NCBI GenBank assembly: GCA_965247095.1
Contig: OZ251997.1
Location: forward strand, 2,976,001-3,040,000
Source: Candidatus Multivorans sp.
Lineage (GTDB): Bacteria > Acidobacteriota > Thermoanaerobaculia > Multivoradales > Multivoraceae
Reading direction: 5' to 3'
DNA length: 64,000 nucleotides
Shown here: in pieces, positions 47,286 through 57,477 of the stretch
Position numbering within the stretch: position 1 is the first letter of the stretch
Layout of the letters: every line of letters begins with the position of its first letter
Program-made: the position numbers and the translations under genes
The notes under the pieces: generated by a model
What the model saw: the letters and a program-made list of their open reading frames with translations, nothing else
Told to the model about the DNA's origin: nothing
Database searches by the model: none

Positions 47286-49514
47286 TCAGCGCCGTTCGCA
47301 GAGCCGCCTGAACAACTCTTCGTACTGGTCCGTGACCCGGTCCCAGTTGAACTCGGACGCCGCCCGGCGAGCCGCTCGTTCGCCCAGGAGACGCGCCCGG
47401 ACCGGGTCGCCGGCGGCCCGCTCGAAGGCCGCGGTGAGCGAGGCCTGATCCTGAACGTCGAAGTAGATGGCGGCCTCGGCGGCCGTTTCGCGGTTGGCCG
47501 GTTCGTCGTTGACCAGCACGCAGTTGCCGTAGCCCATCGCCTCGACCAGCGCCGGATGGGTGCCGCCGACCTCGGTGGCGTGTACGGTCGCGCGCGCGGA
47601 CGAGAGCAGGCCCCGGTACCGGTCGCCGTACACGGCGCCCGGGAAGCGCACTCGCGGATCGGCGGTCCTCTTCATCTCGGCGATGAAGTCCGAGGCGTAG
47701 GGGGCGTCGCCGACCATGACCAGGGGCAGGTTGCCGTCTGCCTGGGCGTAGGCGGCGACCACGCGGTGCGGGTTGTTCTCCGGCTCGAAGCGGCTGACGT
47801 AGAGAAAGTAGCGCCGGGGTTCGAGTCCCAGCTCCTTCAGGACAGGGTGAGAGACGATGGGTTGGGGCTCGACGCCATAGCGGATCATCGTCGTGCTGCG
47901 GCCGTACCGGCCGCGGTAGTGGTCGGCGATGACTTCGGCGTCGCTGATCGTTGTGCCCGGCAACAGGCAGGCCAAGCGTTCGGAGAGGGCGTACACGAGG
48001 CGGCCGGGCCAGCCCCATTTCGCTCTTCGCTTCTCGATTCCGTCCACGTGCAGGGCGGTACGGATGCGCCGCGGCCAGAGCAGCGGCAGGAAGACCGCAT
48101 TCGCGCCGTTGACGACCAGCGCGGCGCGGGCGCCGCGGGCGAAGAGCGTCGCGTGGAGGCAGGAGAGCAGCGTGTGGACGGGGGTGTCGCCGTACTTCGT
48201 GCGCAGCGTCGGCAGCACCACCAGTTCGACGCCGCGGTGCGAGCGGTGCCGCCGGTCGACGTAGTGGGACCGGCAGTAGACGGTGACCGGCCAACTGCGT
48301 TCCGCCAGGCGGGGCGCCAGCGCCTCGATCATCGTCTCGTAGCCGCTGTATGCCGCGGGTATGCCGCGGCTGCCGATGATCAGAATCCTTGGCCGCTCAG
48401 GGTCGAGCGGCAGGGAGGCCCGCCCGAACCACCGTGCCGTCGAGTGCTTCGGCACGCGGCGGCGGGCGCGGACCAGGCGACGCCGCTCGAGGATGCGACG
48501 GCGGTTGCGCCACAGCCAGGCGTAGGCGGCCAGCGACGAGGGCTCGCGCAGCAGCACGTAGCCGAGGATGCCGAACTCCCGGATCGAGGTCATAAGAAGG
48601 GTGCGTGGGGCGTCGGCCAGGCTGCGATGGTAGAGCTGCAGCAGGTAGCGGTTCTTGAGCGAGTGGAAGTTGACTTCACGCGACATCTGCCGCCGCCGCC
48701 GGGGCAGGTTGACGCGGCCGTGTACCGCGCGGGCCCGGGGTTCATAGAGCACCTCCCAACCCCGTTCCCGCAGCCGGAAGCAGAGTTCCGCGTCCTCGCG
48801 ATAGGAGTGGAAGTCGCTGTCGAGGACCTGGCCCGCGACCGCCGCGTCGCGCAGCGCGGCGCTCAGGAACAGAATGGCGGCGCCGCTGCCCCCGAACACC
48901 CGCTCTGTTACCGGATACTGGCCGCAGTCGACCTCGTCGGCGCCGCGGTCCTCGTGGCGCCAACTCCGGGTCAGGCGCATGCCGCACGCGTCAATCCGTG
49001 GCGGGGTGTCCCCGTTCGGGGCTTGGTCACGAAGCAGTCGGCCGGTGACGGCCCCGACCGGCTGCTCCGGCGTGGTGAACCGTTCGAGGCACGCGATCAG
49101 GCGGGCCGCGTAGTCCGCCGAGACCCAGGCGTCGGCGTTCAGGCTCAGCACGTAGGTCGGTGGCCCGTCAGTCTCCGCGCCGTTGCCGAAGGCGGTCTCA
49201 AGCGCCCGGTTCAGGCCGCCGGCGAAGCCGGTGTTCTCGTCCAGCGCGATCAGCTCAACCGGGAAGGCTACTGAGTCCGCGCCCTCTCGAAGGCGTTCGA
49301 GGGTGGCGTCCGTACTGGCGTTGTCGACCACGATGAGCCGGAATGGCGGGCCCTCGAGCGACGCCAGCGCTTCGAAGAAGCGGGGCAGGTTGGCCGCGTC
49401 GTTCCAGGTGACGGTGCAGATCGCGAGGTCCGGCGTGGCGGCCGCGGAGTCGCCCGCCCCTGGGACGCGGGCGTCTCGCCCGCACTCGGGGCCGGCGTTC
49501 ACGGGCGCCTCCAA
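47286..49514 (-). CDS. Fused GT2 + GT4 (DUF1972-like) glycosyltransferase
   Basis: GT2 motifs VVDNASTD, NTGFAGG, YREDAEL; GT4 motifs GSRGIPAAYSGYET, SRFEPENN, GGTHPALVEAM. Confidence 0.88.
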   Translation of the reverse strand: MEAPVNAGPECGRDARVPGAGDSAAATPDLAICTVTWNDAANLPRFFEALASLEGPPFRLIVVDNASTDATLERLREGADSVAFPVELIALDENTGFAGGLNRALETAFGNGAETDGPPTYVLSLNADAWVSADYAARLIACLERFTTPEQPVGAVTGRLLRDQAPNGDTPPRIDACGMRLTRSWRHEDRGADEVDCGQYPVTERVFGGSGAAILFLSAALRDAAVAGQVLDSDFHSYREDAELCFRLRERGWEVLYEPRARAVHGRVNLPRRRRQMSREVNFHSLKNRYLLQLYHRSLADAPRTLLMTSIREFGILGYVLLREPSSLAAYAWLWRNRRRILERRRLVRARRRVPKHSTARWFGRASLPLDPERPRILIIGSRGIPAAYSGYETMIEALAPRLAERSWPVTVYCRSHYVDRRHRSHRGVELVVLPTLRTKYGDTPVHTLLSCLHATLFARGARAALVVNGANAVFLPLLWPRRIRTALHVDGIEKRRAKWGWPGRLVYALSERLACLLPGTTISDAEVIADHYRGRYGRSTTMIRYGVEPQPIVSHPVLKELGLEPRRYFLYVSRFEPENNPHRVVAAYAQADGNLPLVMVGDAPYASDFIAEMKRTADPRVRFPGAVYGDRYRGLLSSARATVHATEVGGTHPALVEAMGYGNCVLVNDEPANRETAAEAAIYFDVQDQASLTAAFERAAGDPVRARLLGERAARRAASEFNWDRVTDQYEELFRRLCERR

Positions 49515-50404
49515 CCGGAAGCGGCCGCCGCGGCGAGGCGACTCAGACCGACCAGCGCCTCGCGGCGGCTCCGTGCGCGGCGCGGCCGGCGAAGCGGCAG
49601 CAGGGCGATGCGGAGCAGAGCGGCGATGACCAGCATGAGATCCAGCACGAGGGCGGCGCCGCGGCTGTGGTGCTTGCGAGCGTATCGGTCCAGGTTGCGG
49701 TAGTATGCAAGCAGGAAGGGGCCGTACCCGAGGCGCGGTACGGAGGCGCTGAGGCCATGCCGGAAGGTGGCGTCCGGCCAGTAGCGGATCGTCTCGTTGC
49801 GATCGCGGAGCCGGCGGGCGAGGTCGACGTCCTCAAACCAGGCGGGCCAGAACTCTTCGTCCATGCCCCCGGCGGCATCGAAGGCGTCGCGTCGAAGCAG
49901 GAGGGCGCAGGCCGCCGGCTGCTCGACGGGCGACCCGGCCGGCGGCTCGGGCATCGGCCCGGGCTCCGCGAAGCAGCAATAGCCGAGCAGCGTTCGCAGG
50001 CCGGGCAGCCGGCGCAATTGCCAACCGGCCTGGGAAGCGCCCCTATCGTCCACCAACCGGGGCGCCAGGCCGGCTGCTTCCGGGTGCTGTTCCATGCCCC
50101 GAACCAGGGATTCGAGCGCCCCGGATTTGGGTCTGGCGTCGGTGTTCAGGATCAGCAGCAGGGATCCCCCGGCATCGGCCGCACCGCGGTTGATCGCCGC
50201 TGCGAAGCCGAGGTTGCGGCCCGGTTCGAGGACGAGGATGTTCGGCCGGCCGGCGCCCAGGTCGCTCAGGTTCCCACCCGAGCCGTTGTCGACCACGATC
50301 AGTTCGAACCGTTCTTCGCGGGGCCAGCTCTCGATGAGGAGCGCGAGGTTGTCCTCGTCGTGCCAGTGCGGCGCCACCGCGGTCAGAATCGGAGTGCCGG
50401 TCAT
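49499..50404 (-). CDS. GT2 glycosyltransferase
   Basis: VVDNGS, NLGFAAAIN, LNTD, WFEDVDL; start at MTGTP. Confidence 0.88.
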   Translation of the reverse strand: MTGTPILTAVAPHWHDEDNLALLIESWPREERFELIVVDNGSGGNLSDLGAGRPNILVLEPGRNLGFAAAINRGAADAGGSLLLILNTDARPKSGALESLVRGMEQHPEAAGLAPRLVDDRGASQAGWQLRRLPGLRTLLGYCCFAEPGPMPEPPAGSPVEQPAACALLLRRDAFDAAGGMDEEFWPAWFEDVDLARRLRDRNETIRYWPDATFRHGLSASVPRLGYGPFLLAYYRNLDRYARKHHSRGAALVLDLMLVIAALLRIALLPLRRPRRARSRREALVGLSRLAAAAASGWRRP

Positions 50405-51516
50405 TGCGCGCTCTCGTCGCCGCGCCCGGGCGCCGGCCGCGAGAGTGCGCGGCCGAAACCGGCGAAGCGCGGCAGGAACCGGACCGCGCGGCACCAGGCG
50501 AACAGGAGATCGAGGAGACCCGGGCGTCGTGGATCGCCCGGTAGCGCCTCGCCCTTTCCGCCCCGGAACACATCGACCACGTCGCGGAACAGGAGTCCGG
50601 GCAGCCGGCGCCAGAAGCTCCGGCCGAGCCGCGTCGCCAGAACCAGCAGACGATTGCAGTAAATCCGGCGGATGCGCAGCCGGGCAGCGCGGCGGTCGCG
50701 GCTCGACAACGCGCCGGCATGTTCGATGCGCGCCGCCGGTGCCAGCACCGCCTCGTACGATGCCCGGCGCAGCCGGTCGGCGAGTTCGACATCCTCGTAG
50801 TAGCTGTCGAGCCGTTCGTTGAAGGGCCGCAGCGGCCGGCCCGCCGGGCTCACCGCGACAAGCGCGTCGCGAAGGTAGATCGCGGCGGTCGCAGACACCC
50901 CGTACACGGGTCGCGGCGCGCCGCCGGGCGGCGGTGCGGCTTCGCCGCGGCCGACCTGGACCGCCTGCCAGCGGCGGGTCCAGGCCAGACCGGCGCCGTC
51001 GATTAGTACCTCATCGTCGTCGCCGGCTGGAAGCAGGTTGATCCCCTGCGCCGCCGCGACCTGGAAGTCGGCGGAGGGCTTCGGGTCGGCTTCGGCGCAT
51101 GCGCCAAGTATCTCCAGCAACGCCCGGGTCCAGCCGGTCGCAAGCACGGCGTCGTCGTTCACCAGGGCGATCCACCGGCCGACGCTGGCGGCGATGCCGG
51201 CGTTGGCGGCGCGGGCGAACCCCGCGGGCCGAGGCAGTTGCACGATCCGTGGTGCCCGCTGGAAGGCGGCGGGATGATCGGCCGCGAGTTCCCGCGCGAG
51301 CGCCCTGAGCGCTGCCGGACCGCCGGCCAGGGTCTCGGTCCCCCGCGCTACGTCGCGGGCGGTCGCGGCCGGGTGCTGCCAGACGACGATCAGTTCGGCC
51401 GGCGCGGCCGTCTCCGACGCGTCCCGGTAGATGGATTCGAGGCATCCCGCGAGGTGCGGCGGCACGCCGACCGTTGGAACGACGTAGGAGAGTGCCGGTG
51501 CCTGCACGACGATCAA
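50401..51516 (-). CDS. GT2 glycosyltransferase
   Basis: GFARAANAG, LVNDDA, YYEDVEL; TTG start overlaps the upstream stop. Confidence 0.85.
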   Translation of the reverse strand: MIVVQAPALSYVVPTVGVPPHLAGCLESIYRDASETAAPAELIVVWQHPAATARDVARGTETLAGGPAALRALARELAADHPAAFQRAPRIVQLPRPAGFARAANAGIAASVGRWIALVNDDAVLATGWTRALLEILGACAEADPKPSADFQVAAAQGINLLPAGDDDEVLIDGAGLAWTRRWQAVQVGRGEAAPPPGGAPRPVYGVSATAAIYLRDALVAVSPAGRPLRPFNERLDSYYEDVELADRLRRASYEAVLAPAARIEHAGALSSRDRRAARLRIRRIYCNRLLVLATRLGRSFWRRLPGLLFRDVVDVFRGGKGEALPGDPRRPGLLDLLFAWCRAVRFLPRFAGFGRALSRPAPGRGDESAQ

Positions 51517-53366
51517 GGTCCGGCAGTCCGGCCGACGTGGAGAGCATGGAAGAGGATCACCTCGACCTCCGCGGGGAGGTCGGGATCGCGGACGATGACC
51601 AGGTTGCCGAGTCCACACAGCGGAGCGAGATCGACCTCGGCACGGTAGCGGGTGCAGAAGAAGGGACCGCCGGCGCCGGTCGCGACCCAGTGGAGCCAGG
51701 GTGCGCGGCCCGCGACGGCGCCGCTGTCGCGGGCGGACCACTCGCCGGTGTGATCGCCGTGTTGTAGTTCGAAGGAGTCCTCGGTCAGTTCGGCGCCGAT
51801 CCGGGCCACCGTTTGACCCGCGGCAACGCCGCCGCCGTGGGCAACCGCCGTATCGAGCACCAGGGTTCCGCAGCCCGCCGCTTCGGCTGCCCATCGCGGC
51901 TGGTCCTGAGTCAGCACCTGCCTTGGCGAGCTGAGCAGCGTCTGCCGCGGCAGGAACGCTCCCCAGGAGCCGAGCGCCGCCGCCGTCAGCACCACGGCGC
52001 CGACTGCCAGCACGATGGCCCGGGGCGCGGGCGCTCTCCGCACGAGCGCGCCGACGCCGCGCCCGATCAGGATCAGGACGATCAGTCCGAGCCAGCGATC
52101 GAATGCGGTATCGAGTCCGAGCGCGCTCAGTCGATCGTCGAGATGCGCGGCGCGGAGCCACGGATAGGTGGCCGAGAGCGTGGCGAACACGAGCAGACTG
52201 CCCTGCCAGCAGAACCCGAATACGGCTGCATCGCCGCGCAGGCCGATACCCTGCCAGGGACCGGTTGGAGGCGGATCGTCGGCGGACCCGGCGCTCGGCC
52301 GCTCGGCGCTCAGCACGGTCCACAGCGCGATGCCCGCCAGCAGGGCCTGCGGGGGAGGGAGGAAGCGCAGTCCGGCGAGCGAAAGGAGAACCGCCGCCGC
52401 CACCGTATGCAGGTTGCCCCGACCGACCAGATTGGGCGCGGCAAGGAGGACCAGGGGCAATCCGGTGAGCGCCAGGGGCCAGGGCGCCGCCGCCGCGGGC
52501 GGTAGCCCGAGGGCCAGGGCACCGGTCAGAACGAGGACGATGGCGAAGGCGAACCGGCGCCAGACGACGGCGGCCGACATGGCGGTGAGAAGAACCCCGA
52601 ACGCGGGCTCGCGGACGAGGACGAGCCCCAGGATCAGGGTCAAGGCGAGCCCCAGCGCTGCCGCCGCCACGGACCAACGCTCCTTGAGGGCCCGAGCGGC
52701 CGCGTCGGCAAGCGCCGCGGCGGCGAGCACCAGGACGACATTCGAGCGGACGCCGCCCGCGGCCAGGATCAGGGCGGCTGTTCCCGCCAGGGCCGGCGCG
52801 CCCATGCGGGCGAACAGGGCGGTCAGAAGGATCGCTGCCGCGGCGGGAATGGCGACGAGTACGACCAGCAGCCGGAGCACCCCGCCGTCGAGCAGGTCGC
52901 CCTGCCGCAGGAGCAGGTTGAGTCCGATCAGCGCCGACAGCAGGGTGCCGCCGAGGCGTATCAGGCGTGCCGGCGCCAGGGAGCCGGGCGGCGCCAGCAG
53001 ATCGGCCCGGCGGGCGAGCAGAGTGTCCACGAGAAGCGCGGCGGGACCCAGACAGAGCAGGGTGCCCACCGCCGTCGCACGGCCCGGACCGTGGGGGGGC
53101 ACGGCCGCGAACGCGACCACGGTTAGTAGCGGCAGCGCCAGTGCTGCCGGGCTCAGCGGGCGACGCGCGGCGCCCGCGGCGGCGATCAGGACCGCCATTG
53201 CGGCGAACGCGAGGTAGCGTCCTTCAGCCGCCGCCTCCGCATCGCGCTCGACCGCCGCCAGGGAGGTCATCGCCAGCCCGGCCAGAAGGGGCGGCAGGGC
53301 GGCGATCCATGGCGGAGAAGGGGACGACCCGGGACAGGCCGGCGCGGAAGCGGATTCAGTCGTCAA
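51513..53366 (-). CDS. Polytopic membrane protein of unknown function with C-terminal soluble domain
   Basis: More than ten hydrophobic segments; first gene of the GT operon; AAGGA-N8-TTG start proposed. Confidence 0.7.
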   Translation of the reverse strand: MTTESASAPACPGSSPSPPWIAALPPLLAGLAMTSLAAVERDAEAAAEGRYLAFAAMAVLIAAAGAARRPLSPAALALPLLTVVAFAAVPPHGPGRATAVGTLLCLGPAALLVDTLLARRADLLAPPGSLAPARLIRLGGTLLSALIGLNLLLRQGDLLDGGVLRLLVVLVAIPAAAAILLTALFARMGAPALAGTAALILAAGGVRSNVVLVLAAAALADAAARALKERWSVAAAALGLALTLILGLVLVREPAFGVLLTAMSAAVVWRRFAFAIVLVLTGALALGLPPAAAAPWPLALTGLPLVLLAAPNLVGRGNLHTVAAAVLLSLAGLRFLPPPQALLAGIALWTVLSAERPSAGSADDPPPTGPWQGIGLRGDAAVFGFCWQGSLLVFATLSATYPWLRAAHLDDRLSALGLDTAFDRWLGLIVLILIGRGVGALVRRAPAPRAIVLAVGAVVLTAAALGSWGAFLPRQTLLSSPRQVLTQDQPRWAAEAAGCGTLVLDTAVAHGGGVAAGQTVARIGAELTEDSFELQHGDHTGEWSARDSGAVAGRAPWLHWVATGAGGPFFCTRYRAEVDLAPLCGLGNLVIVRDPDLPAEVEVILFHALHVGRTAGP

Positions 53367-53415
53367 GGGGGCCATCCTTGCCGTAGCGGGCAAACGTTGG
53401 AAGACTGCCACCGCC

Positions 53416-54708
53416 ATGTTGCCCCGAGAACTCCTCAGAAGCGAACCGCAACGGGTTGCGGACGCTCTCGAAGCGCGCGGCGCCGATGCCGCGCTGGTCG
53501 ACCAATGGGTGACGTGCGACCGGCGGCGCCGTGAAGCGCTGACCGAACTCGAGGAACTCCGTCACCGTCGTCGGTTGGCTGGTCGCGAGATTGGCAAGCT
53601 CAAGGCTCAGGGCGAGGCGAAGGAAGAGGACGCCGCCAGACGCATTCTAGAGATGACGGAGCTCAAGGCCCGCATCGAGGGCCTTGAAGAGGTCGTGGCG
53701 CAGGCCGAGGAAGAGCTCGTCGAAACCGAGCTGAATGTTCCGAACATCGCTCACGAGACAGTCCCGGTCGGCGGCGACGAAACGGCGAACCGCGTCGAGC
53801 GGGTGGTCGGCGATCTGCCGGAGTTCGACTTCGAGCCGAAGGCCCACTGGGACATCGGCCCGGAGCTCGGGATCCTCGACTTCGAGCGCGGCGCCAAGCT
53901 TGCCGGTGCCCGGTTCACCACCTACTTCGGTTGGGGGGCACGGCTGGAGCGGGCGCTCGGCGCCTTCATGCTCGACCTGCACACCGAGGAGCATGGCTAC
54001 ACCGAGGTTCTGCCTCCCTACCTGGTCAAGCGCGAGTGCCTGTTCGGCAGCGGCCAACTGCCCAAGTTCGAGGAGGAAGTGTTCCAGGTCGAGCCCGATT
54101 CGCGTTACCTGATCCCGACCGGCGAGGTGCCCCTGGTCAACCTGCACGCCGACGAAGTGCTCGACGAGGAGCAGTTGCCACTGCGCTACGCCGCGCTCAC
54201 GCCCTGCTTCCGCGCCGAGGCCGGGTCGTACGGACGCGACGTGCGGGGGCTCATCCGCCAGCACCAGTTCCACAAAGTCGAGTTGGTGCAACTGACGACG
54301 CCCGAGACCAGCCACGACACGTTGGAGCAACTGACGGCCCACGCCGAACGCGTGCTGCAGCGACTGGAGTTGCCCTACCGGGTGGTGTCTCTCTGCACCG
54401 GCGACCTGGGCTTCGCCATGGCCAAGACATACGACCTCGAGGTGTGGGTTCCCGGCCAGCAGACCTACCGGGAGATCTCCTCCTGCAGCAACGCCGAGGC
54501 GTTCCAGGCGCGGCGCGTCCGTACTCGCTTCCGGCCGCGGGAGGGCGGCTCGCTACGCTATGTCCACACCTTGAACGGTTCGGGACTCGCAGTCGGGCGG
54601 ACCCTGATTGCCGTGCTGGAGAACTGCCAGACGGCGTCGGGTTCGATACGCATTCCGGCGGCGCTCCAGCCGTATGTCGGCGGGGTCGAGGAGATTCCGG
54701 CAGCCTAG
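53416..54708 (+). CDS. serS: Serine-tRNA ligase
   Basis: [48 protein letters not shown]. Confidence 0.97.
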   Translation: MLPRELLRSEPQRVADALEARGADAALVDQWVTCDRRRREALTELEELRHRRRLAGREIGKLKAQGEAKEEDAARRILEMTELKARIEGLEEVVAQAEEELVETELNVPNIAHETVPVGGDETANRVERVVGDLPEFDFEPKAHWDIGPELGILDFERGAKLAGARFTTYFGWGARLERALGAFMLDLHTEEHGYTEVLPPYLVKRECLFGSGQLPKFEEEVFQVEPDSRYLIPTGEVPLVNLHADEVLDEEQLPLRYAALTPCFRAEAGSYGRDVRGLIRQHQFHKVELVQLTTPETSHDTLEQLTAHAERVLQRLELPYRVVSLCTGDLGFAMAKTYDLEVWVPGQQTYREISSCSNAEAFQARRVRTRFRPREGGSLRYVHTLNGSGLAVGRTLIAVLENCQTASGSIRIPAALQPYVGGVEEIPAA

Positions 54709-54729
54709 TTTGGAGAGTTTTGCCGCCTC

Positions 54730-54819
54730 GGAGGGGTGGCTGAGTGGTCGAAAGCACCGGTCTTGAAAACCGGCGTGGGTCAACGCCCACCGTGGGTTCG
54801 AATCCCACCCCCTCCGCCA
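54730..54819 (+). tRNA. tRNA-Ser (TGA)
   Basis: Acceptor GGAGGGG/CCCCTCC; anticodon arm CCGGT-CTTGAAA-ACCGG; long variable arm; G73-CCA. Confidence 0.95.
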
Positions 54820-54828
54820 CACCTTGGC

Positions 54829-54849
54829 CCGGTGACCGGCGGTCACCGG
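54829..54849 (+). terminator. Hairpin immediately after tRNA-Ser (possible terminator or processing stem)
   Basis: CCGGTGACC-GGC-GGTCACCGG; no good U-tract. Confidence 0.35.
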
Positions 54850-54868
54850 TCTCGCCGGCCTCGCCTGC

Positions 54869-56302
54869 ATGCTGGCGCCCGCCGCGCCGGCCCTCGCCCA
54901 GACTTCGGTGAGCTCCGATTGGGTGCTCATTCCCGAAGGCGTTGAGCCCGGCGACCCGTTCCGGCTGCTGTTCCTCTCCTCCACCACGCGCGACGGCTCG
55001 TCCACCAACATCGCGGACTACAACACCTTCATCCAGGGCCTCGCCGCGGCCGGCCACGCCGACATCCAGTCCTACAGCACGGGCTTCAGGGCGGTTGGCT
55101 GCACTGAAGACGTCGACGCACACGTCAACACCTCCAGCACCTCCAGCACCGGCAACACGGGCGTCCCCATCTACTGGCTGGGCGGCGCCAAGGCCGCCGA
55201 CGACTACGAGGATTTCTACGACGGGTCCTGGGACGATCAGGCCAACGACAAGAACGAGTCCGGCGCCGACGCGCACGATACCTCCCAGAGCGGCAATTAC
55301 CCCCTCACCGGCTGCGCCAACGACGGCACCGAGGCGTTCGGGACCGGTGGAACTGCTTCGCGCGCGCTCGGCGCGACACAAGGGGTGCGCGTCGGCCGTC
55401 CCAACTCCTCCGGGAACGGCCACGGCCCCCTCAGCAGCTTCACCAACGCGTCAACAAGCTCCGACACCCGCCCCATGTACGGACTCTCGGAGGTCTTCCA
55501 GGTGGACGCCGCCGTGGTCATCAACAACCCGCCGGCGTTCTCCGCCGCAACCGCGGCCCGCAGCGTGGCCGAGAACACGGCCGCGGGCCAGGACGTCGGC
55601 GCCGTCCTCACCGCCACGGACGCCGACGGCGACACGCCGACCTACACCCTCGATGGCAGTGACGCGGCCTCCTTCGACATCGTCACGACCTCCGCCGCCG
55701 CCCAGATCCGCACCAGGACGGGCGTGACCTACAACCACGAAGCCAGGTCCACCTATACCGTCATGGTCAAGGCCGACGACGGCAAGGGCGGTGCCGACAC
55801 CGTCACGGTGACGATCACGGTCACGGACGTGGACGAGCCCCCGGGCCGCCCGGCGGCGCCCTCGGTGTCGGGGACGGCCGGATCGACCACCAGCCTGGAC
55901 GTGACCTGGACCGCGCCGACGAACACCGGCCCCGCCATCGCCTCCTACGACCTGCAATACCGCGAGGGCACCAGCGGGAACTTCACCGACGGCCCGCAGG
56001 CCGTGATCGGCGCCAGCGCCGCCATCGGGAGCCTGATGCCGAGCACGTCGCATCAGGTACAGGTGCGCGCCACCAACGCCGAGGGCGAACCCGAACCCGA
56101 ACCCGAACCCGAACCGGAGCCGTCAGGACCGCCGGAGGCCGCCGTCACGGTCGACGCGGAGTGCCAGGACGGCCTGTGCCGGGCCATGACCGGCGTCGCC
56201 GTGTCGTTCACGGATGCGAGCACCGGCGAGGTCCGGTCCCGGACCTGGGACTTCGGCGACGGCACGGTGTGGGAAGTTGTCGTGAAGGCGGGGGATCACT
56301 GA
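54869..56302 (+). pseudogene. Truncated surface protein: lectin-like N domain, cadherin-like, Fn3, (EP)n linker, partial PKD
   Basis: VAEN...ATDADGD cadherin; Fn3 VTWTAP...YDLQY; stop soon after the PKD motif WDFGDG; signal-peptide h-region extends upstream to an in-frame TGA at 54833. Confidence 0.65.
56087..56122 (+). repeat. (GAACCC)4 plus two variants, encoding (EP)6
   Basis: Read directly from the sequence. Confidence 0.85.
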
Positions 56303-56386
56303 CACCGCGAGGAACTCCGCCGATCAGGACAGCCCCTCCACCGTTTCTCTCTCGGGTAGCGCTACGCTTGCGGAGAAAGGGTAGTC

Positions 56387-57298
56387 GTGAACAGAAGACC
56401 GTCCGATGCATGGCCGGCCGAGATCCGCGCGGAACTGGCCAACCTGGAGGAGATCGCCCTGGCGACCAAGCCGTCGTCCGGGGATCTTCCGAACCTGCGC
56501 GGTGTGGACATCAGCGGCGTGTCCATGCCGCTGCGGCAGGCGATCGGCGGCGACCACCTGATCTACCTCGACTTCAAGCAGCGGTACGACCTGGACCGTC
56601 GCATCCGTGAGGCGGAGGCGGCCGGCAACGCGCGGGTCGTGGCGGGCCTGCGCCAGTCGCAGCAGCGCGCCGGGGTCCTGGTGGCCGATGTGTCGGGCCA
56701 CAAGGCGACGGACGCCCTGGTGGCGGCGATGCTGCACCAAGCGTTCCTGCTCGGGGCGTACTACGAGCTCGACCTGTTCGGCGAGATCACGACACGGCTC
56801 TTCGAGCACATCAACCAGCGCTTCTACAAGTCGACCACGTTGAACAAGTACCTCACCATGCTCTACGGCGAGGTTTCCGAGCAGGGCAAGTTCCGTTTCT
56901 TCTCGGCCGGCCACCCTGCGCCCCTGCTCTTCGTCGGCCGCCCGGGCCGCATCGAGCACCTCCCCGAAGACCAACTTGTACGGTTCCCGCCGGTCGGGAT
57001 GTTCGCGTCGAACGCCTACATGGACGAGTTCGTCGACCCGGGACCCCTTGGCTACAAGCGCCCCTATGAAGTCAGCGAACTCGACCTGCTCGAGGCCGGC
57101 GATCTCCTCCTGCTCTACACGGACGGCTTTACCGAGCATGGCGGCGATCGCTACCTCGCTGAGCGGGCGGAGGGGGTTCTGGAGACGGTCCGCAGCCGGA
57201 GCGCGAGCGAGATCTGCGAGCGCCTCAAGGAGGACCTGCTCGCCTTCGCGCCGGCCGAGGACGACATCAGCTTGGTGGTGATCAAGAAGACGGAGTAG
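56387..57298 (+). CDS. SpoIIE/PP2C-family Ser/Thr phosphatase without sensor domain
   Basis: IGGD, ADVSGH, SAGHP, LYTDG, EDDISL. Confidence 0.9.
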   Translation: MNRRPSDAWPAEIRAELANLEEIALATKPSSGDLPNLRGVDISGVSMPLRQAIGGDHLIYLDFKQRYDLDRRIREAEAAGNARVVAGLRQSQQRAGVLVADVSGHKATDALVAAMLHQAFLLGAYYELDLFGEITTRLFEHINQRFYKSTTLNKYLTMLYGEVSEQGKFRFFSAGHPAPLLFVGRPGRIEHLPEDQLVRFPPVGMFASNAYMDEFVDPGPLGYKRPYEVSELDLLEAGDLLLLYTDGFTEHGGDRYLAERAEGVLETVRSRSASEICERLKEDLLAFAPAEDDISLVVIKKTE

Positions 57299-57302
57299 CG
57301 AG

Positions 57303-57341
57303 CCGAGCCACCAGACCGAGCCACCAGACCGAGCCACCAGA
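57303..57341 (+). repeat. Perfect 13-bp tandem repeat x3 (CCGAGCCACCAGA)
   Basis: Read directly from the sequence. Confidence 0.9.
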
Positions 57342-57373
57342 CTGGGTGCGCCGGCGTGCCATCCGGCATCCGG
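57342..57373 (-). repeat. Degenerate hairpin module of the dispersed repeat family
   Basis: Matches the reverse complement of 19713-19744 with four mismatches. Confidence 0.65.
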
Positions 57374-57477
57374 TAAGCTGCCGCCGCTTCGCCGGGTGGG
57401 CGCAGCGGTTCGGCGGGGAGACGGCAACAGACGACAAATCGAGACGCCGGCCGCGGCCGGCTGCGGGAGACGGCACC

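Noticed and set aside
53415-53418. Overlapping divergent ATG starts on a CATG palindrome (also 18620-18623)
   Set aside because: Better RBS-supported downstream starts exist (53366 and 18705), so this is likely a longest-ORF calling artefact.
54824-54870. In-frame TGA with hairpin as a selenocysteine read-through site
   Set aside because: The TGA lies inside the stem rather than upstream of a SECIS-like hairpin, and Sec would fall in a signal peptide.
57303-57341. Possible CRISPR array
   Set aside because: 13-bp units with no spacers and no cas genes. The RuvC at 10535 is the ordinary resolvase.
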